Shown here piece by piece: positions 12,751 through 25,915 of a DNA stretch of 64,000 nucleotides. A program made the translations under genes and the position numbers. The first letter of the stretch is position 1. Every line of letters begins with the position of its first letter. The notes beneath the pieces are model-generated. The model did no database searches and had not been told where the DNA came from. It worked only from the letters and a program-made list of their open reading frames with translations. Where the stretch lies: assembly GCF_009914755.1 (NCBI RefSeq), contig NC_060937.1. One strand, written 5' to 3'. Origin of the DNA: the human T2T-CHM13v2.0 reference genome, Homo sapiens.

Positions 12751-14479
12751 ATTTATGGGACAAATATATAAGAGAAAAAAGTCTCAAATTTATAATCGAT
12801 GTAGTGTTCATACTACTGTATCTAAAAAATGTATCCCTCAGCTTAATTACATTAATCGTTTCCTATACTAAATATACTTGATGGAGAAACTTTTTATTAT
12901 GCCGAACACTGGATTAACTTTTTAAATTATGTGTACCTCTGCATTATATGTACCTGGCATATAAAAACTCTAGAATCAGCATAAGGAGAGTGCTTTCATT
13001 TTACAAATGTATAAAAATACATAAGGCTAAAATGGTATTGAAGATAAATATTACAGAGAGAACACAATAACCCAAAAATGGGTCAGCACAAACTATCCAA
13101 TTGATTAGATGCTTGCAGAAAACCACAGCAAATGGCAAAATCAATTTACCAATCAGCTTTGCAGTGTTTTCTTCTAAACTCAGCCAGCTGGGCAATTAGG
13201 CATATATTTGGTGTTTTTATGTCTTTCATTGAAGAAAGCATCGTTTTCCTTTGGAAGCAGATGGTTTGGAACTATAGACTGGTCAAAGTTCAGTAAGGTT
13301 ACTCTACTACAAACAGAGTAAATTGATGTGGCAGAATATGCTAGTTTGAATCTTTAGAAGAATTCAAAACTGAAAGAGAAAAGTTTCTGAGTTGATATTT
13401 GCTTATAGATTTTTGTAAGCTAAGAAATTACTCAGTTATATTTTAATGCAGTGATTCTTCATTGTTATTTACACAATGTTCCATTCAATTTACTTTTTTT
13501 GTAGGTTAATGTCCTATGGCTTATCTCAAGGAGTAGAATTTCAAATGATTATTGTTTTAGGTTTTGTCAAAGTAAAAGAAATAAAGAAATGAGAGTTCAT
13601 GCAATGTTTTGGAAAACAAGCCTTCAAAACAATTTTATTCTGAGGTCAAATTCAGTTGTTTGAACTAAATTATCCAGTAATCAGGGTTTCCAGATGAATG
13701 TTTAAAAAAGATAAGGATCACAGCATTTTAAAAGGGAGAGTGAAATTAGGTATCATTTATTCGAATTCATGTCTACAAATGAAGGATCTCCTGCCTGAGA
13801 TTTCAAAACTTGCAGCAGCATCACGTCTAGAACCCAAAATCTCACCAGGTTCTCAGGTGATGCTGTAATCTTGTAATCTTGTACAATGTCGTATCCCACA
13901 TAAGGCAGTCATAGCATTAATTTCATGATGATGAAGAAAAAGAATAGTTCATCAGAACCGTAGTTGATTGAAGAAAAAGTACACCAAGTAATTGACCTTC
14001 CATTATGACATTAAGAAGGATTTCCCATGATCTTGCCATCAATTGTTCTTGGTTACTAGTCTGAGTAAACATCATTTTAATGATTGATAACTTTCTAGTT
14101 AATTAATCCTCAAAGATTAATCAAAGCCTTCTCTTTATTAGATATTTTTAGATGTTAGATATTTTTGGTGAATTTATCTGGCATGCTACTGTCAACATTT
14201 AATTTTGAGAGTCATTACAAGTTACAATTTATAGGAATACAGAAACCAAAGAGTAGAAACTACTGATTCGCTTGTTTTTCACATATTTGAGTTCTGAGTC
14301 TCATCTATATTTGTATGACTACAGCCCATATATATATAACAAGAATTCAACTTATGGTTGTGGATAAATTAAGGATTCAATGAATGAAAAGATATTTAGT
14401 GAATAGTACAGAAAAATTATTATTTAAAAACAGCAATTTTTCAATAATAAGTAAAATTCAATCACAACTATTATTTGTT

Positions 14480-15560
14480 TGTAAAAGTTTGTGCTTCACC
14501 ATATAAAAAGTTGACAAGAAGGATGCTAACTACTGTGTCAGTAAAGGTACAGGACATAAAACAACTTCTTAAGATGTCAGTGAAATTAAGAAGAATTTTG
14601 AAGACTCAACAAAAAAAGTAGGTCCTAATATTCACTTAATACAATAGGCTGCCTGACCCTGGCTGAAAATATCAGACTTAAAATTAAAATATATGGTAAC
14701 TCCAAAAGGAATAAATGATAAATTCCAAATGGACTAAATGTTTTAGAATAAAATGAAATCATAGGAGTATTAGATTCATCCATGGGGAAATTATTTTATA
14801 AGCTCAGATTGAGATAAGTTTTTCAAAACATGACCCAAAATTCAGAGTCATAAACTGAGAGATTGATATAGTTGACTATATTTAAATGCACAAAGGAAGA
14901 AAAAACAAAAATCTTTTGAGCAATAGAAAAATAATCATAAGATAAATGAAAATTGAGGGTGGGGGAAATTGAAAACATCACACAGGGCTAATTTCCTTCA
15001 TGTATAAATAGTTCTTTGAAAAAAATATGACCAGTTCAGTAGAAAAATGGGCAAATTATTTGAAGAGACAATAAGAAGGAAAGGAAATACAATTACTCTT
15101 GAAGATGTGTGTAAAAACATACTTAACCTTATTCAATGTTGGGAACATTTCTAAATATAAACACATTGAGATTCCGTTTGTCATCTCTAAGACAGAAAAC
15201 ATACAAGTTGTATTTGATAAAACACTGTTCTGGGCAGCTGTGGGAAAACAAGTTGTCCTACATATTAATTATGGTAAGTGACTTGATGATATCAGTCAAT
15301 GTTATATTTAAAAATTCTCTTTGATCTAGCAAAAACTTTATAGCAAAGATTCTCTCTTAAATGTGAAAGACATTATAAAGATTTATTACATTATTGTTTG
15401 TACCAGAGAGATTGAAAAAATATAAATATTCTTCAATGAGAGATGAATTAATTAAATTATGCTATAACCATACAAATTTCATAGAACTGTGATAACCAGT
15501 GAGGAAACTTATCTTTAAGTATGAACACTTTATTGAATTTATAGAAATCTATGGAACTTG
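14480..15560 (+). mobile_element. Old L1ME ORF2 3' fragment
   Basis: A-rich; AAATTCCAAATGGACTAAATG, CATGACCCAAAATTCAGAGTCATAAA, AGAAAAATGGGCAAA, CTTTGATCTAGCAA. Confidence 0.7.
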
Positions 15561-15689
15561 GAGCTTTATTAAAAAAAAGTTCCAACAGCAAGAAATAGTC
15601 AATAATTCAGTAAAAATATGATACTATAGTTTTAAAATACGGAGATTTTATCTACATACATGTATATATTTATATGATCTAGACTTCTT

Positions 15690-15860
15690 CAGTTTATATC
15701 CTGCTTCTACCACTTAGCTCTCTGAGTGATCTCTTGTACAAGATATAAAAACTTTCTGTGTCATAGTTGTCTCATTAATAAAAAGCTGATAATAATGACA
15801 CCAATATAATGAGGATTAAGCTCCAGACACTGCTCTTGGTACAGGAGCTATATGTTAGTT
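15690..15860 (+). mobile_element. MIR SINE
   Basis: ATCCTGCTTCTACCACTTAGCTCTCTGAGTGATCT...CTTTCTGTGTCATAGTTGTCTCATT...TGAGGATTAA. Confidence 0.6.
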
Positions 15861-16899
15861 TCAGTGTCATAATAATTACTATTTCTTATAATTTTATATT
15901 TTATATATTATATAATATACAATATTTTATTATGTATTATGTAATAAATATACAAACACTTATAATTATCATCATGAATGTACATAAAACTATAGAAGAA
16001 TAAATCAAGAAACAACTAATGAATTTTTACTGAATTTCATAGTATGGGAACTGAGATTGATGGCACTTAAAAAATAATATATAATGTTTAATCCATGGAC
16101 TTATGTTGTTTGTATATTTGCATTGTGTTATTGATCAATTTATTAATATTCAGAATTGCACATTTTTATTGAAATTATAGTTAAAGAAAAATTATACTTA
16201 CTTATGTGCAGTATTTCCTATGATCCTCAAGCGTCTTTAAATGCTGGAGAATTAGATGGCAATTTCACAGGGTTTTGTAAATTTGCTTGGATTGTTAACA
16301 GATTGGGAAATAGAACAATTTAGGAGCTGAAGTTGTGGAAACATAATTGTATTACTCACTATAGAAGGATATTAAGATAGAGTTTATTTCATAGTAAACA
16401 CTTACTAAGGAATCTCAGACTATAAGTATATAAGCCCTAAATAGGGAATTCCAGAAAATATTTATTACTGTTAGTAAGGACATTTTCCCCTCCTCATCTT
16501 GATCTTTACCTAATTTTCCAAATCAAGGACCCACAATGAAATTGTATCTTGATATCAAACTTCTGTCTACTTTTAAGTTGTATCTATAAGATATATAAAA
16601 TATAATTTCATGTAATTAATTGTAAGATCACAAAAATGTTTTCTTACATAATGCTAATAACTGATTGTAAAATTATTTTTAATCAATAGGCATCTGATTA
16701 TGTATACTGAAAAAGTAATAGGAAAATAGAATTCACTCCTTGGTAGTCTTTTAAAAATTTCAGGGGAATAGTGATTAATGAAGTCTTTAGTTAACAACTT
16801 ATTTTCACCTGTGATATACATTGCTCCATTTTTTCTCAATTCTTTATTTTTCTATTACAGATAGAGTAAAATTTTTTTGCTCAATTGATGTTTCCCTGA

Positions 16900-17575
16900 G
16901 GTACATGGCAGGCTTGTCTTGAGGAATATTATCAGGCATATGTAAACAGACGCTGGGGACTGGCTTGTACAGTTGAACTGGCCCTCTTGCTTTTCTATCA
17001 CTGCCATGAAGAGAAGAACATCCCTCAAGTAGTAGATTAGGCTAAGAAGTATGAGAGACAAACATAGAAGACCTGGATTACAACTTCATCTTGGAGTTAA
17101 GCCCAGCCAACCCCAGCTAAATCAGTTGAGTCCAAGCTGACCCACAGATGCATGAATAAATTTATTCAATTCGGCCGGGCGCGGTGGCTCACGCCTGTAA
17201 TCCCAGCACTTTGGGAGGCCGAGGTGGGCAGATCACGAGGTCAGGAGATCGAGACCATCCTGGCTAACAAGGTGAAATCCCGTCTCTGCTAAAAATACAG
17301 AAATTAGCCGGGGGTGGTGGCGGGCGCCTATAGTCCCAGCTAATCGGGAGGCTGAGGCAGGAGAATGGCGGGTGAACCCAGGAGGCGGAGTTTGCAGGGA
17401 GCCGAGATCACGCCACTGCACTCCAGCCTGGGCGACAGAGAGATACTCCGTCTCTTAAAAAAAAAAAAAAAAAAAATTGACTCAATTCTTGCAAGAATAA
17501 GTTACTCTTTCTTTAAGTCACTGAGTTTTGCGGTGGTTTGTTATGCAACTGTATTGTGGCACCAGCCAACTGCTA
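16900..17575 (+). mobile_element. MLT1-type LTR interrupted by an AluY
   Basis: CCCAGCCAACCCCAGCTAAATCAG...CCCACAGATGCATG before the Alu; AAGTCACTGAGTTTTGCGGTGGTTTGTTATGCAAC after it. Confidence 0.65.
17173..17476 (+). mobile_element. AluY, full length
   Basis: GGCCGGGCGCGGTGGCTCACGCC...GATCACGAGGTCAGGAGATCGAGACCATCCTGGCTAAC, CpG-rich, poly-A; degenerate TSD AAATTTATTCAATTC / AAATTGACTCAATTC. Confidence 0.96.
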
Positions 17576-17939
17576 CATTGCATTTTATTGTGGCAATATC
17601 TAATCAATACACTGAATTTTAGAAGTTTGTGTGGATTTATATAAAAAACAACTTATTAAGTATCATGCAATTTGGCGATTATCCTCCATGCATTTAACGC
17701 TTTATCAAGGGTTTCTCAGTGATAGATCCTACATTCAGAATAACAGTTTCTAGGAACAAACTAAGGAGTGGTTATGAATTTCTATGCCCTGAGTATAAAA
17801 CCACAATCATTTGTTTAAATCTGTATGTCTATTATCTAAATAAGTGTTCAAAATGTTGTGGACAATCAGTGTATGTGCATTGACTAAGTGAACAAAATAA
17901 ATAAATAAATGAAGGAGTAGCACATCAAATGGACCAAAT

Positions 17940-18455
17940 TTACTGGTAGCTGCAAATTCTTTGCTTCTCTCCCCATCAAAATATGGAGTTAATTTTCCCT
18001 CCCTTTGTGTATGTGGTAAATCTATGATTGATTTGATCAATAGAATATGGCAGAAATGATAATGGGTACATTCTGAGGCTGAGACATAGGAAATTGCAAC
18101 TTTCATTTTTGCATACATAGAATGCTTTCTCTTGGAAACAAGCCACCATGTTCCAAGAAGCTGAAAACATAAAGAGAGGCCATATGAAGGAACTGAAGTA
18201 TCTGCTGAACAGCCCAAGCTGAAGTACCAACTAATAGCCAGCACCAGCTACCTACCAGCTGTGTGGGTAAGCCATCTGGGATATTTCAGTCCAAAGGACC
18301 TTCTGTATGACTGCAGCTCCTGCTGACACCACATGGAGCAGAACTGTCCACATGAGCTCAACCAATTCACAGATTTTTAAGTGATAACACATAGTTATCA
18401 TTTTAAGCCGCTTGATTGTGGGGCTGTTTATTTTGAAGCAAGATGTAACTGAAGC
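17940..18455 (+). mobile_element. MLT1 (F/G/H-like) solo LTR
   Basis: CAAATTCTTTGCTTCTCTCCCCATC...TGATCAATAGAATATGGCAGAAATGA...ATGACTGCAGCTCCTGCTGACACCACATGGAGCAGAAC...TTTTAAGCCGCT. Confidence 0.8.
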
Positions 18456-21400
18456 CCTAATGAACAAGTTAATTCTAGGCTTTGCGTTATTACTTATATA
18501 TTTCAGTATACTCCTGTATGTTCCTGTGAAATATTGAAAGCTGAGATTTAGCTCTTTTCTGTGGCTATAGCCTCGGGAACATACTTTCGTATTTCCAGTG
18601 GACTCTATAAAGAATTTTGAAGAGCTCTTTCTCTGAAGTTCCCAGATTGGTATTTATTGAGCCAATATGATCCACAATCACCCCAAAATTCACACCATGA
18701 CTTTAAGTCTCCACAGTATTCCTAAATATGTTAGCTAATAGGCAGCATTTAGAATTCAGGAAAATTCATATTAAATTTATATTTTTAGCTTATCTTAATA
18801 AATATAAATTTTTACAACACTAGATTTGTATTTTTGTGCAGCACTTCTGGTTATGCACTAGATTTACATTTATGCATGAAACTAATTAGAAGCAACCTTA
18901 TTTATATGAGGCATCATTTTGCAATTCAGCAAAGTCTTCACTAGTTCTGGTTCCCATATGCATCAGAACTCTTGATTATAAAAGTGAGAAATTCCGGTAT
19001 AAATTTTAAATAAAAGGGGATTTTTTGTTTGTTTGTTTTGGGCAAGTAAAAAGTTCTGTGGTCGTATATTTAGGTCTAACTCGATTCTGAGACCAGCAAC
19101 ATCCATTTCTCTCAATACCTTGGCTCCTCTTTTCTCTGGCCAGATTTAATTCTCAGGCTCTAGTGTGGCCTACGAAACATCCAGGTTCACCTTTTTAAAT
19201 CAAAAGAGCAATCCTCTTTCTATAGTCCTAGTAAAAGACTCACCATTTCACTCCTGCCGTAATTGAGTCATGAACTCATAGCTGAACTATAGCCAGAAAT
19301 TGCATGTTTGTGTTGACCAGGCCTCAGGAAAAAGAGTCTTACCAGAACAAGGGAAATAGATGCTAGGCAATGCCAACAGAAATCTACCTCACAAAGCTTG
19401 TATACTTCTGTTCAGTGTGATCAATTTCTGGTCTACTTAACTCTGTCAAGCAAGTAAGGGAGTATGTTTATCCAGATCTTAAAACTGTCATTCCACACAG
19501 GCACTGGCTATGGATATATCCAACCAACCCATTCAAAGACATTTAATCTTAACAAAACACTCTTAGGGTATTTTTAATTTTTTAAAAAAATAAAGTGTCT
19601 TAAGAGATAGGCAATTAATCTTCTTAACCAGAGGGTTTCAGTCTTAACCACTACACCTTTCTTTTGGATGGATTTGCTCTCCTTTCCTGTGGTCTCTGAA
19701 AAAGTTGTTCACTAATCTTAAGTTTCACTAAGCCTTTAACTTTGATTCAAGATGAACCGTTCTAGGTCAATGGAAGCAGTAGTTTTTGTTAAGTCCCTTG
19801 CTCCCACTCTGTTAAAACTAAAGCCATGGATAACCTGAGCTGATTCTCTAAACTGTTGTTTAATCCTTGATCTTCAGATTTCTCTCTACTGTTTGTTCTT
19901 TTTTTTTTTTCCCATGGTTAGCTGAAGACATTTTTAGTTGTTCCTTTTTATAATTTCTTCCCATGTTTTGTAATTATCTTCTGATTTAGTAAGATAACTT
20001 GATCCCATTTTTGACTCATTATTTAGGCTAGAAAAATCCAGCCTATGGAAACATAGCTTTTTAGTGCAGATTGCATCAAAGACTGATTTATCATCCCAGA
20101 CATAGCACATGCTAATCACACACCATGATGTATGTGATGGTCCAGCCATGCTGAATTAGAATTCTAGTTTTGTATTAGGTACATCATCCTGTACCATGCA
20201 AAAGATGCCAGAATAGTATTTTTCAATTTTTTGTTCTTTTCTTTATGTTTGAATTATTTCCTAATTAGTTTTATTAAATCAGAGGGGAGAAAACTATCTG
20301 AAAATTTTAAGTTAACAGTTCTCAGAGGTCCTTAACTGTAGGTTGGTTTAAATGGCTCATTAAGAAATTTAGTGAAATCTTGCCCACATATTGCAATTGT
20401 GAAAGAGCAAGTAGCTAAGTTCACAGCCAACTGAACAAAAATGAGGATTTCAAAGGATCTGAGGACTTTCCAGATGGGAATGCTGTCATGGGATAAGTAA
20501 ATCGATATTGGAGATGAATCTCATTTTAGCTACTGCAAACCTGCTGGACCATTTCCTGAGATATTGTATAAAGCAATTGAAGATGGCGTGGTGTAATGTC
20601 GAACAGTAATACTAAACCACTCTCTATTACAAAGAATTTTCAAAAAAGTAGCAGATCAAAATTTTGTCCTGATTGTATACGGCATGATTTTTCTGATTGC
20701 TCTTCTCCTAATAACTCAACTGGTGCTTACTTATTTTCTTTAAAAATGGTTCTGTATAAGTGGAATATGTTTTCCATCTAAAAAACAAAATGCCTATTAA
20801 AAATGAAAGTTTTAAAAGTTTCTTCATTTCTAAATGAATTTTGAAATACTTAATTTATCCTATAATGTGGGTTTGAATTAAGGCCTATAATATGAAAACA
20901 CTTATTTGTATATTTTAAAATACTAAAATTTTTTAAGAGGATCTTCTTTTTTAAAAAATTCAAATTTTAATTTGGTTTTCAAACTATTACTTTATGTTTC
21001 TTGGAATAAAATTTTAGCAATGTGTGACTCTAGCCACAAAATGTTACCCTTTTCTGATGTATTGACTTTAAATGGAGTGGACTACATTGAAGATTTACTT
21101 TTTAATGTATTCTGATATCTTACAGAGTTGTATTTTGGTAGAGTGGATCAAACAGTCCCTTCTATTGCTCAATTTGCCATGGACAAGTGCAGTATTAAAA
21201 TTGTGGAATGGGTTTTTTTGGGTCACTGATTCAACTAAAAGGTATATTAATTCTTGCACATTTAAATTCTTCACATGTAAATCTAAAGAGTAGGGTGGCT
21301 GGGTAGGGGAGGGGGCACTCAATCGTTTTATCTTAGTAAACATTTAAGCAGCCAACTTATAGAACAGGTATTATTATCAATAAAGCCTTTGAAAAACAAA

Positions 21401-22729
21401 CAAACAAACCTGGGACAAAGGAAGGACAAGCTGTTTACATAATTGAAGTCAAAATATCCTGGAGCAGTTGTTCAAGAGTTCAAAGAAAAAAGAAGCCCAG
21501 GCAGGGGCTACTGACCACAGTTCGACAGGGATCAGAGTTAAGCTGGAGGAGAGCTATGGCTTTTGTTTAGCCCCGTTATTGTTTTGGGTATGACTGGGAG
21601 TTTAATGATGTTGGCACAAGGCCTGAAATGCAATTTGCTATTTTTATTACTCTGTCAATATGGCACATTAAGGTCCTCAATACTCTTCAACAAATGTAAA
21701 AGGAAAAACCTTCTTTCTATATCACTGAAGAAATTAAAATGAAAAATGTCTGAAGCATGTTTCTCAATACCACAGTGTAGATTAAGGCTTTTGAGTTAGT
21801 CTAACTTATTAACTTAAAACTGTGATTAAAAACCTAAATTATATAGAAATATATGGTTTTTAGGATTGCCTCTAGAGAATCTTTTAAGAAGTGGCCTTTT
21901 GTTCTTTGTGTCTGTTCTCTAAAGGTAAAAAACTAAAAAAGAAGACCAGGACTTTTTCTTATAAAACCTTTTCCACTTGGTTTCTGGTTGGGGATAAACA
22001 AAGTCTAGTTAACTGATAATCAGAGGTCAACTAAAAACGAAACAATTGTATAAGAATGGAAATGGTGAAATTAATTCACAGTTTTGATACCACTACCATC
22101 TTTTACTTCTTACCCTTAATGGTGCTATATTAAAAATACTGGTATGCATTAATATCAAAATTAAACTCAGCCATTACACTACAAAAGCACTCAATTCTAA
22201 AGAATGCCTTTTTTCCCAGGAATGTTTTCTCTTTTAACCTCATATATTACCAAATTATATCATGCAAAGTAATTTTGAAAATTGCTTGTAATTGAGGCAA
22301 ATGTGTGGTTTTTGCCCAAATTTTCCACATAATTACTCTAATTCTTTACTTGGCTCTTCTTTAAAACCTTAGCATAACAGCATTTTAGGTCATGTTTCTT
22401 TGAAAAAATGCCTTAAGGTTTTGAAACTTAATTTAAGTAGTGTTCTAGGTTTTGCTAAACTGGTGGAGTTTACCAGTAATTTAAATGCATGATAGTTGTG
22501 AATTAGGGTCACTGAAGTGATTAGCGATATTATAATTAGGTTACATTGTTTGCTGTTGCAAAGAATCTGAATTCTCCTTGTCAACACCCAACTAGAGTTA
22601 ATCCCTTCATATGTGCTAACCTTATCAATTTACTCTTGTTCATAGAAATCTCAGATGATCGCATTGTGTTTTGTTTTGCTGTGTGTTTGTTGGTTAATTT
22701 CCATACCTCCAGTCTCCATGTCATTAGAG

Positions 22730-22952
22730 CAGTAGGAAAATTTTTCCGAAAACGGCCAGGCAGTAAATATTTCATGCTTTGAAAGCCATATAATCTCTGT
22801 TGCTACTCTTCAACTTTGCTGTATGGCAAAAGCAGCCACAGGTGATACATTACAAAAAAAAAATGAGTGTGGATGTGGTCTAATAAAACTTTATTTACAA
22901 AAGCATCAGGCCACATGGATTTGGCCTACAAGTCCTAGTTTGCTGATAACTG
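22730..22952 (+). mobile_element. MER58A DNA transposon
   Basis: GGCCAGGCAGTAAATATTT...AAAGCAGCCACAG...AATAAAACTTTATTTACAAAA...GGATTTGGCCTACAAG...TAGTTTGCTGA. Confidence 0.85.
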
Positions 22953-23329
22953 CTTTAGCCTTCATAAACTTCTTCAGAGCAGGGACAATAATTAATAATT
23001 TATACAACTAATTTTTTAAAAATAAGTAGTATTTATAGGGTTCCTGAACCCTTATACATTATTGGTAGAATAAAGATGTCAATCACCTGTGGCAACTTCT
23101 GGCCAATAAAGTGTGTATACTGTCAGTATAATAATAATTCCTGACATTTATTGTGATTTTAAGCTAGTTATAAGTACTATCTCTTTAGCTATTCACCCCA
23201 GGATAGACACACAAAAACAAAAATCGCATATGAAATTCTTGGCTAATGCCTAATATAATACCCGAAAATTCCATTTATCAATTATTTGGATTATGTTTAA
23301 ATAATAATTTTGATAATAATAATAACATG

Positions 23330-23530
23330 GAGATCTGTAGTGGTTACTGAATATGCTAAACTCTTTTCTGAGTCTTTTTTGTATACTAATTATATACTTA
23401 CAAAAACCTTATAAGGTACATTTGATTATTAAATAGATTTTGCTGAAAAAACAGCTGAGGAACAAAGTCCCTAAGTTCACATGACTGACAAGTTGCAGGG
23501 TCAGGTTTGAACAGAGCAGCCTGGTATCAT
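23330..23530 (-). mobile_element. MIR SINE
   Basis: AAAACCTTATAAGGTA...GCTGAGG...CTAAGTTCACATGACTGACAAGTTGCAGGGTCAGGTTTGAAC. Confidence 0.55.
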
Positions 23531-23909
23531 TAACATACATTTGCTATGTTGATTCAAACTTTCTGTGTGGTAACCATTGGAATTTATAACACAACCCTTT
23601 ATTATGTTTTTACTATTTAACTTTAAATTTAAAAAATTAACCTGTATGGATAATCCAAAAAAAGTTAAATGTTTAATATTCCTTACCCTGGAATACTTTT
23701 TTACAATATTTGGAAATAAATGTTCAGCATTAGAAAATTAGCTAAATATGGTATACTTTATCGTTAAGATCGAATAATATGAAACCACTAAACATAATTT
23801 AGTGGCAGAATATTTATTGACATAGGAAAACTATTCACCATACATTTAAAATTGGAATAAATAGCTTAACAAATGGTATATTATTTCACATACATAAAAT
23901 ATCTACACA

Positions 23910-24092
23910 CGTGGTATGTTGGTAAATGTTTAACCAATGGCTTACCCGGAGAGAAAAAAATTGCATTTGTAAATATTCTTACCATGGACAATTTCAAGCT
24001 ACTAATGTAAAGTCTGGGAAGCTACTAGATGTGGAAAGAGATACACATAATTTGTTCTGGCAAGCCATTGTGAGCTGGCCCCAGCACCCACA
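23910..24092. mobile_element. MER63-like hAT-Blackjack DNA transposon
   Basis: GTGGTATGTTGGTAAATGTTTAAC...ACCATGGACAATTTCAAGCTAC...GAGCTGGCCCCAGCACCCACAG with imperfect terminal inverted repeats. Confidence 0.7.
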
Positions 24093-24169
24093 GATACACA
24101 CTAAATGAAAGTGCAAGTCCTCTCTGAATGGTGGTATAATAGCTCACTTAGTTTGAATTATCTAAAAAG

Positions 24170-24545
24170 TAATTGTTAAGATTAGTTTAAACGTACAAGA
24201 AGTTCATGGGGGGAGGTCTGTGAAGGATGAAAGGGGAGATAGCTGGAGAAGTCAAGAAGAGTCTTCAAGACCATGAGGCAGTCTACGCCTGTGAAAGAAG
24301 AGAAGGAAGAAAGAATCAGGTAAGAGAAGCCTGAGACCTCAGATTTCAACACAGTTCTGAGAAAATCTTTGCTAGGCCAATGGGAAACTCCAAAGTGAAA
24401 GTGGTTTTTTAGAGGAGACCCACGTCATGCAAGAATGCCAGTGCTAATATTCAGGTTGTGCTCAGGCATTGCCTCAGCAGCTGGGTAAAGCATGGCTTGG
24501 CTTGAATGAATGTGGAGGTGCAGTCGAAGAGGACATACTTCCATG
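24170..24545. mobile_element. Old ERVL-type LTR (LTR16/LTR33-like)
   Basis: purine-rich CAAGAAGTTCATGGGGGGAGGTCTGTGAAGGATGAAAGGGGAG...CGCCTGTGAAAGAAGAG; family uncertain. Confidence 0.45.
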
Positions 24546-24767
24546 GTCTCCATAAAAAGGAATGATTTTTCTTCTATTATCTTTCCAGTATTTCTGTTTA
24601 TGTTCTATAACCTATAGATTTTTCAATCAAATACATATTGTAATTGTGAAAAATTCAAGTTTCAAATGATATTTACCATTCATGCAGTATTAACTGTATA
24701 TCATATGTTATACTATTTTTTCTGCTTATAATAACTAACCATTACCTGAGTCTTCACATTTTATTTT

Positions 24768-25060
24768 TCATTTTCATTTTTATTTTTTTGAGACAAGGTC
24801 TCGCTCTGTTGCCTGGGTTGGAGCACAGTGGCGTGATCATGGCTCACTGCAGCCTCGACCTCCCTCCAGGACTCAAGCTATCCTCCCACCTCAGCTTTCC
24901 AAGTAGTTGGGACTGCGGGTGCACACTACCACACCCAGATAATTTCTGTATTTTTTTAGAGACAAGGTCTCCCCGTGTTGCCCAGGCTGGTCTCCAACTC
25001 CTGGGCTCAAGGGATCCCCTTGCCTTAGCCTGCCAAAGTACTGGAATTACAGGTGTGAGC
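24768..25060 (-). mobile_element. AluJ with its 5' end replaced by a templated insert
   Basis: GAGACAAGGTCTCGCTCTG...GATCATGGCTCACTGCAGCCTCGACCTCC...CTCCTGGGCTCAAG (J features); stops at ACAGGTGTGAGC. Confidence 0.93.
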
Positions 25061-25374
25061 TTACAATACGCCAATTAGCCATGTAACCTTGGCCAGGCAT
25101 GTTCCCTGTTTATAAAGAACTTCCATATACATTTTAATATTTTCCAAAATAATTTTTTGAAATGAGTAATATAGTTGCTCCCCATATTTATATGAATAAT
25201 TTGAAAAACAAACAAAAACCGTTACTCTTCTAGTGTGGCTGAGCAAATAAATATTCAATTACAAGAAGCTGGGTTCTGGATATCTTGATGTTTTTCATGT
25301 TTTTAAAATAATGGAAATGCCCATCCTGTCTTCAATTTGTTTTATCCACATTATTGTGATTTTGGTATGAGTAA

Positions 25375-25660
25375 TGAGAGGCAGCCCAGGGTAATAATTA
25401 GGAACATGGCCTCTGGAGCCAAGCTGCCTGGGTTTGAAACTTAGCTCTGTTATTTACTAACTGTGTGACCTTAGGCTAAGTCACAAAATCTGTCTAGGCT
25501 TCAGTAATCACAACCTTTAATGGTGATGATGACAGTACCAACTTCATAGGATTAGTGTAAGCATTAAATACTTGTAAATTCTTGCAAAACACTTACACTT
25601 GTAAATACTTGTAGAACACTTTGAAAAGTGCCCAGCACAGAGTAACTGCTATACAATTGT
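25375..25660 (+). mobile_element. MIR SINE
   Basis: CATGGCCTCTGGAGCCAAGCTGCCTGGGTTTGAAAC...ACTAACTGTGTGACCTTAGG...AGTGCCCAGCACAGAGTAA. Confidence 0.85.
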
Positions 25661-25804
25661 AATATTATTACGTAATGGATAAAAACACTACATTTAAGAA
25701 ATATTAAGAAATTCTTCCAAGGCAAAGGAAATAAACATATTCATTATGATTTTTAAAGATGAAAGAATCAGCAGAGGCAACTTAGTTAAGTACAATATGT
25801 CAAT

Positions 25805-25915
25805 GAGCCATGTAACCTTGGCCAGGCATGTTTCCCCTCTGGACCTTAATTTCCTCATCTGTGCAATGGTGTGTTTGTACTAGACAGTTCCCAAGGTATT
25901 TCCTGGGTCTATGGT
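25805..25915 (+). mobile_element. MIR core fragment
   Basis: GCCATGTAACCTTGGCCAGG...CTCTGGACCTTAATTTCCTCATCTGTGCAATGG. Confidence 0.7.

Noticed and set aside
17807-18467. 145-aa and neighbouring ORFs
   Set aside because: They overlap an MLT1 LTR and are best explained as chance frames
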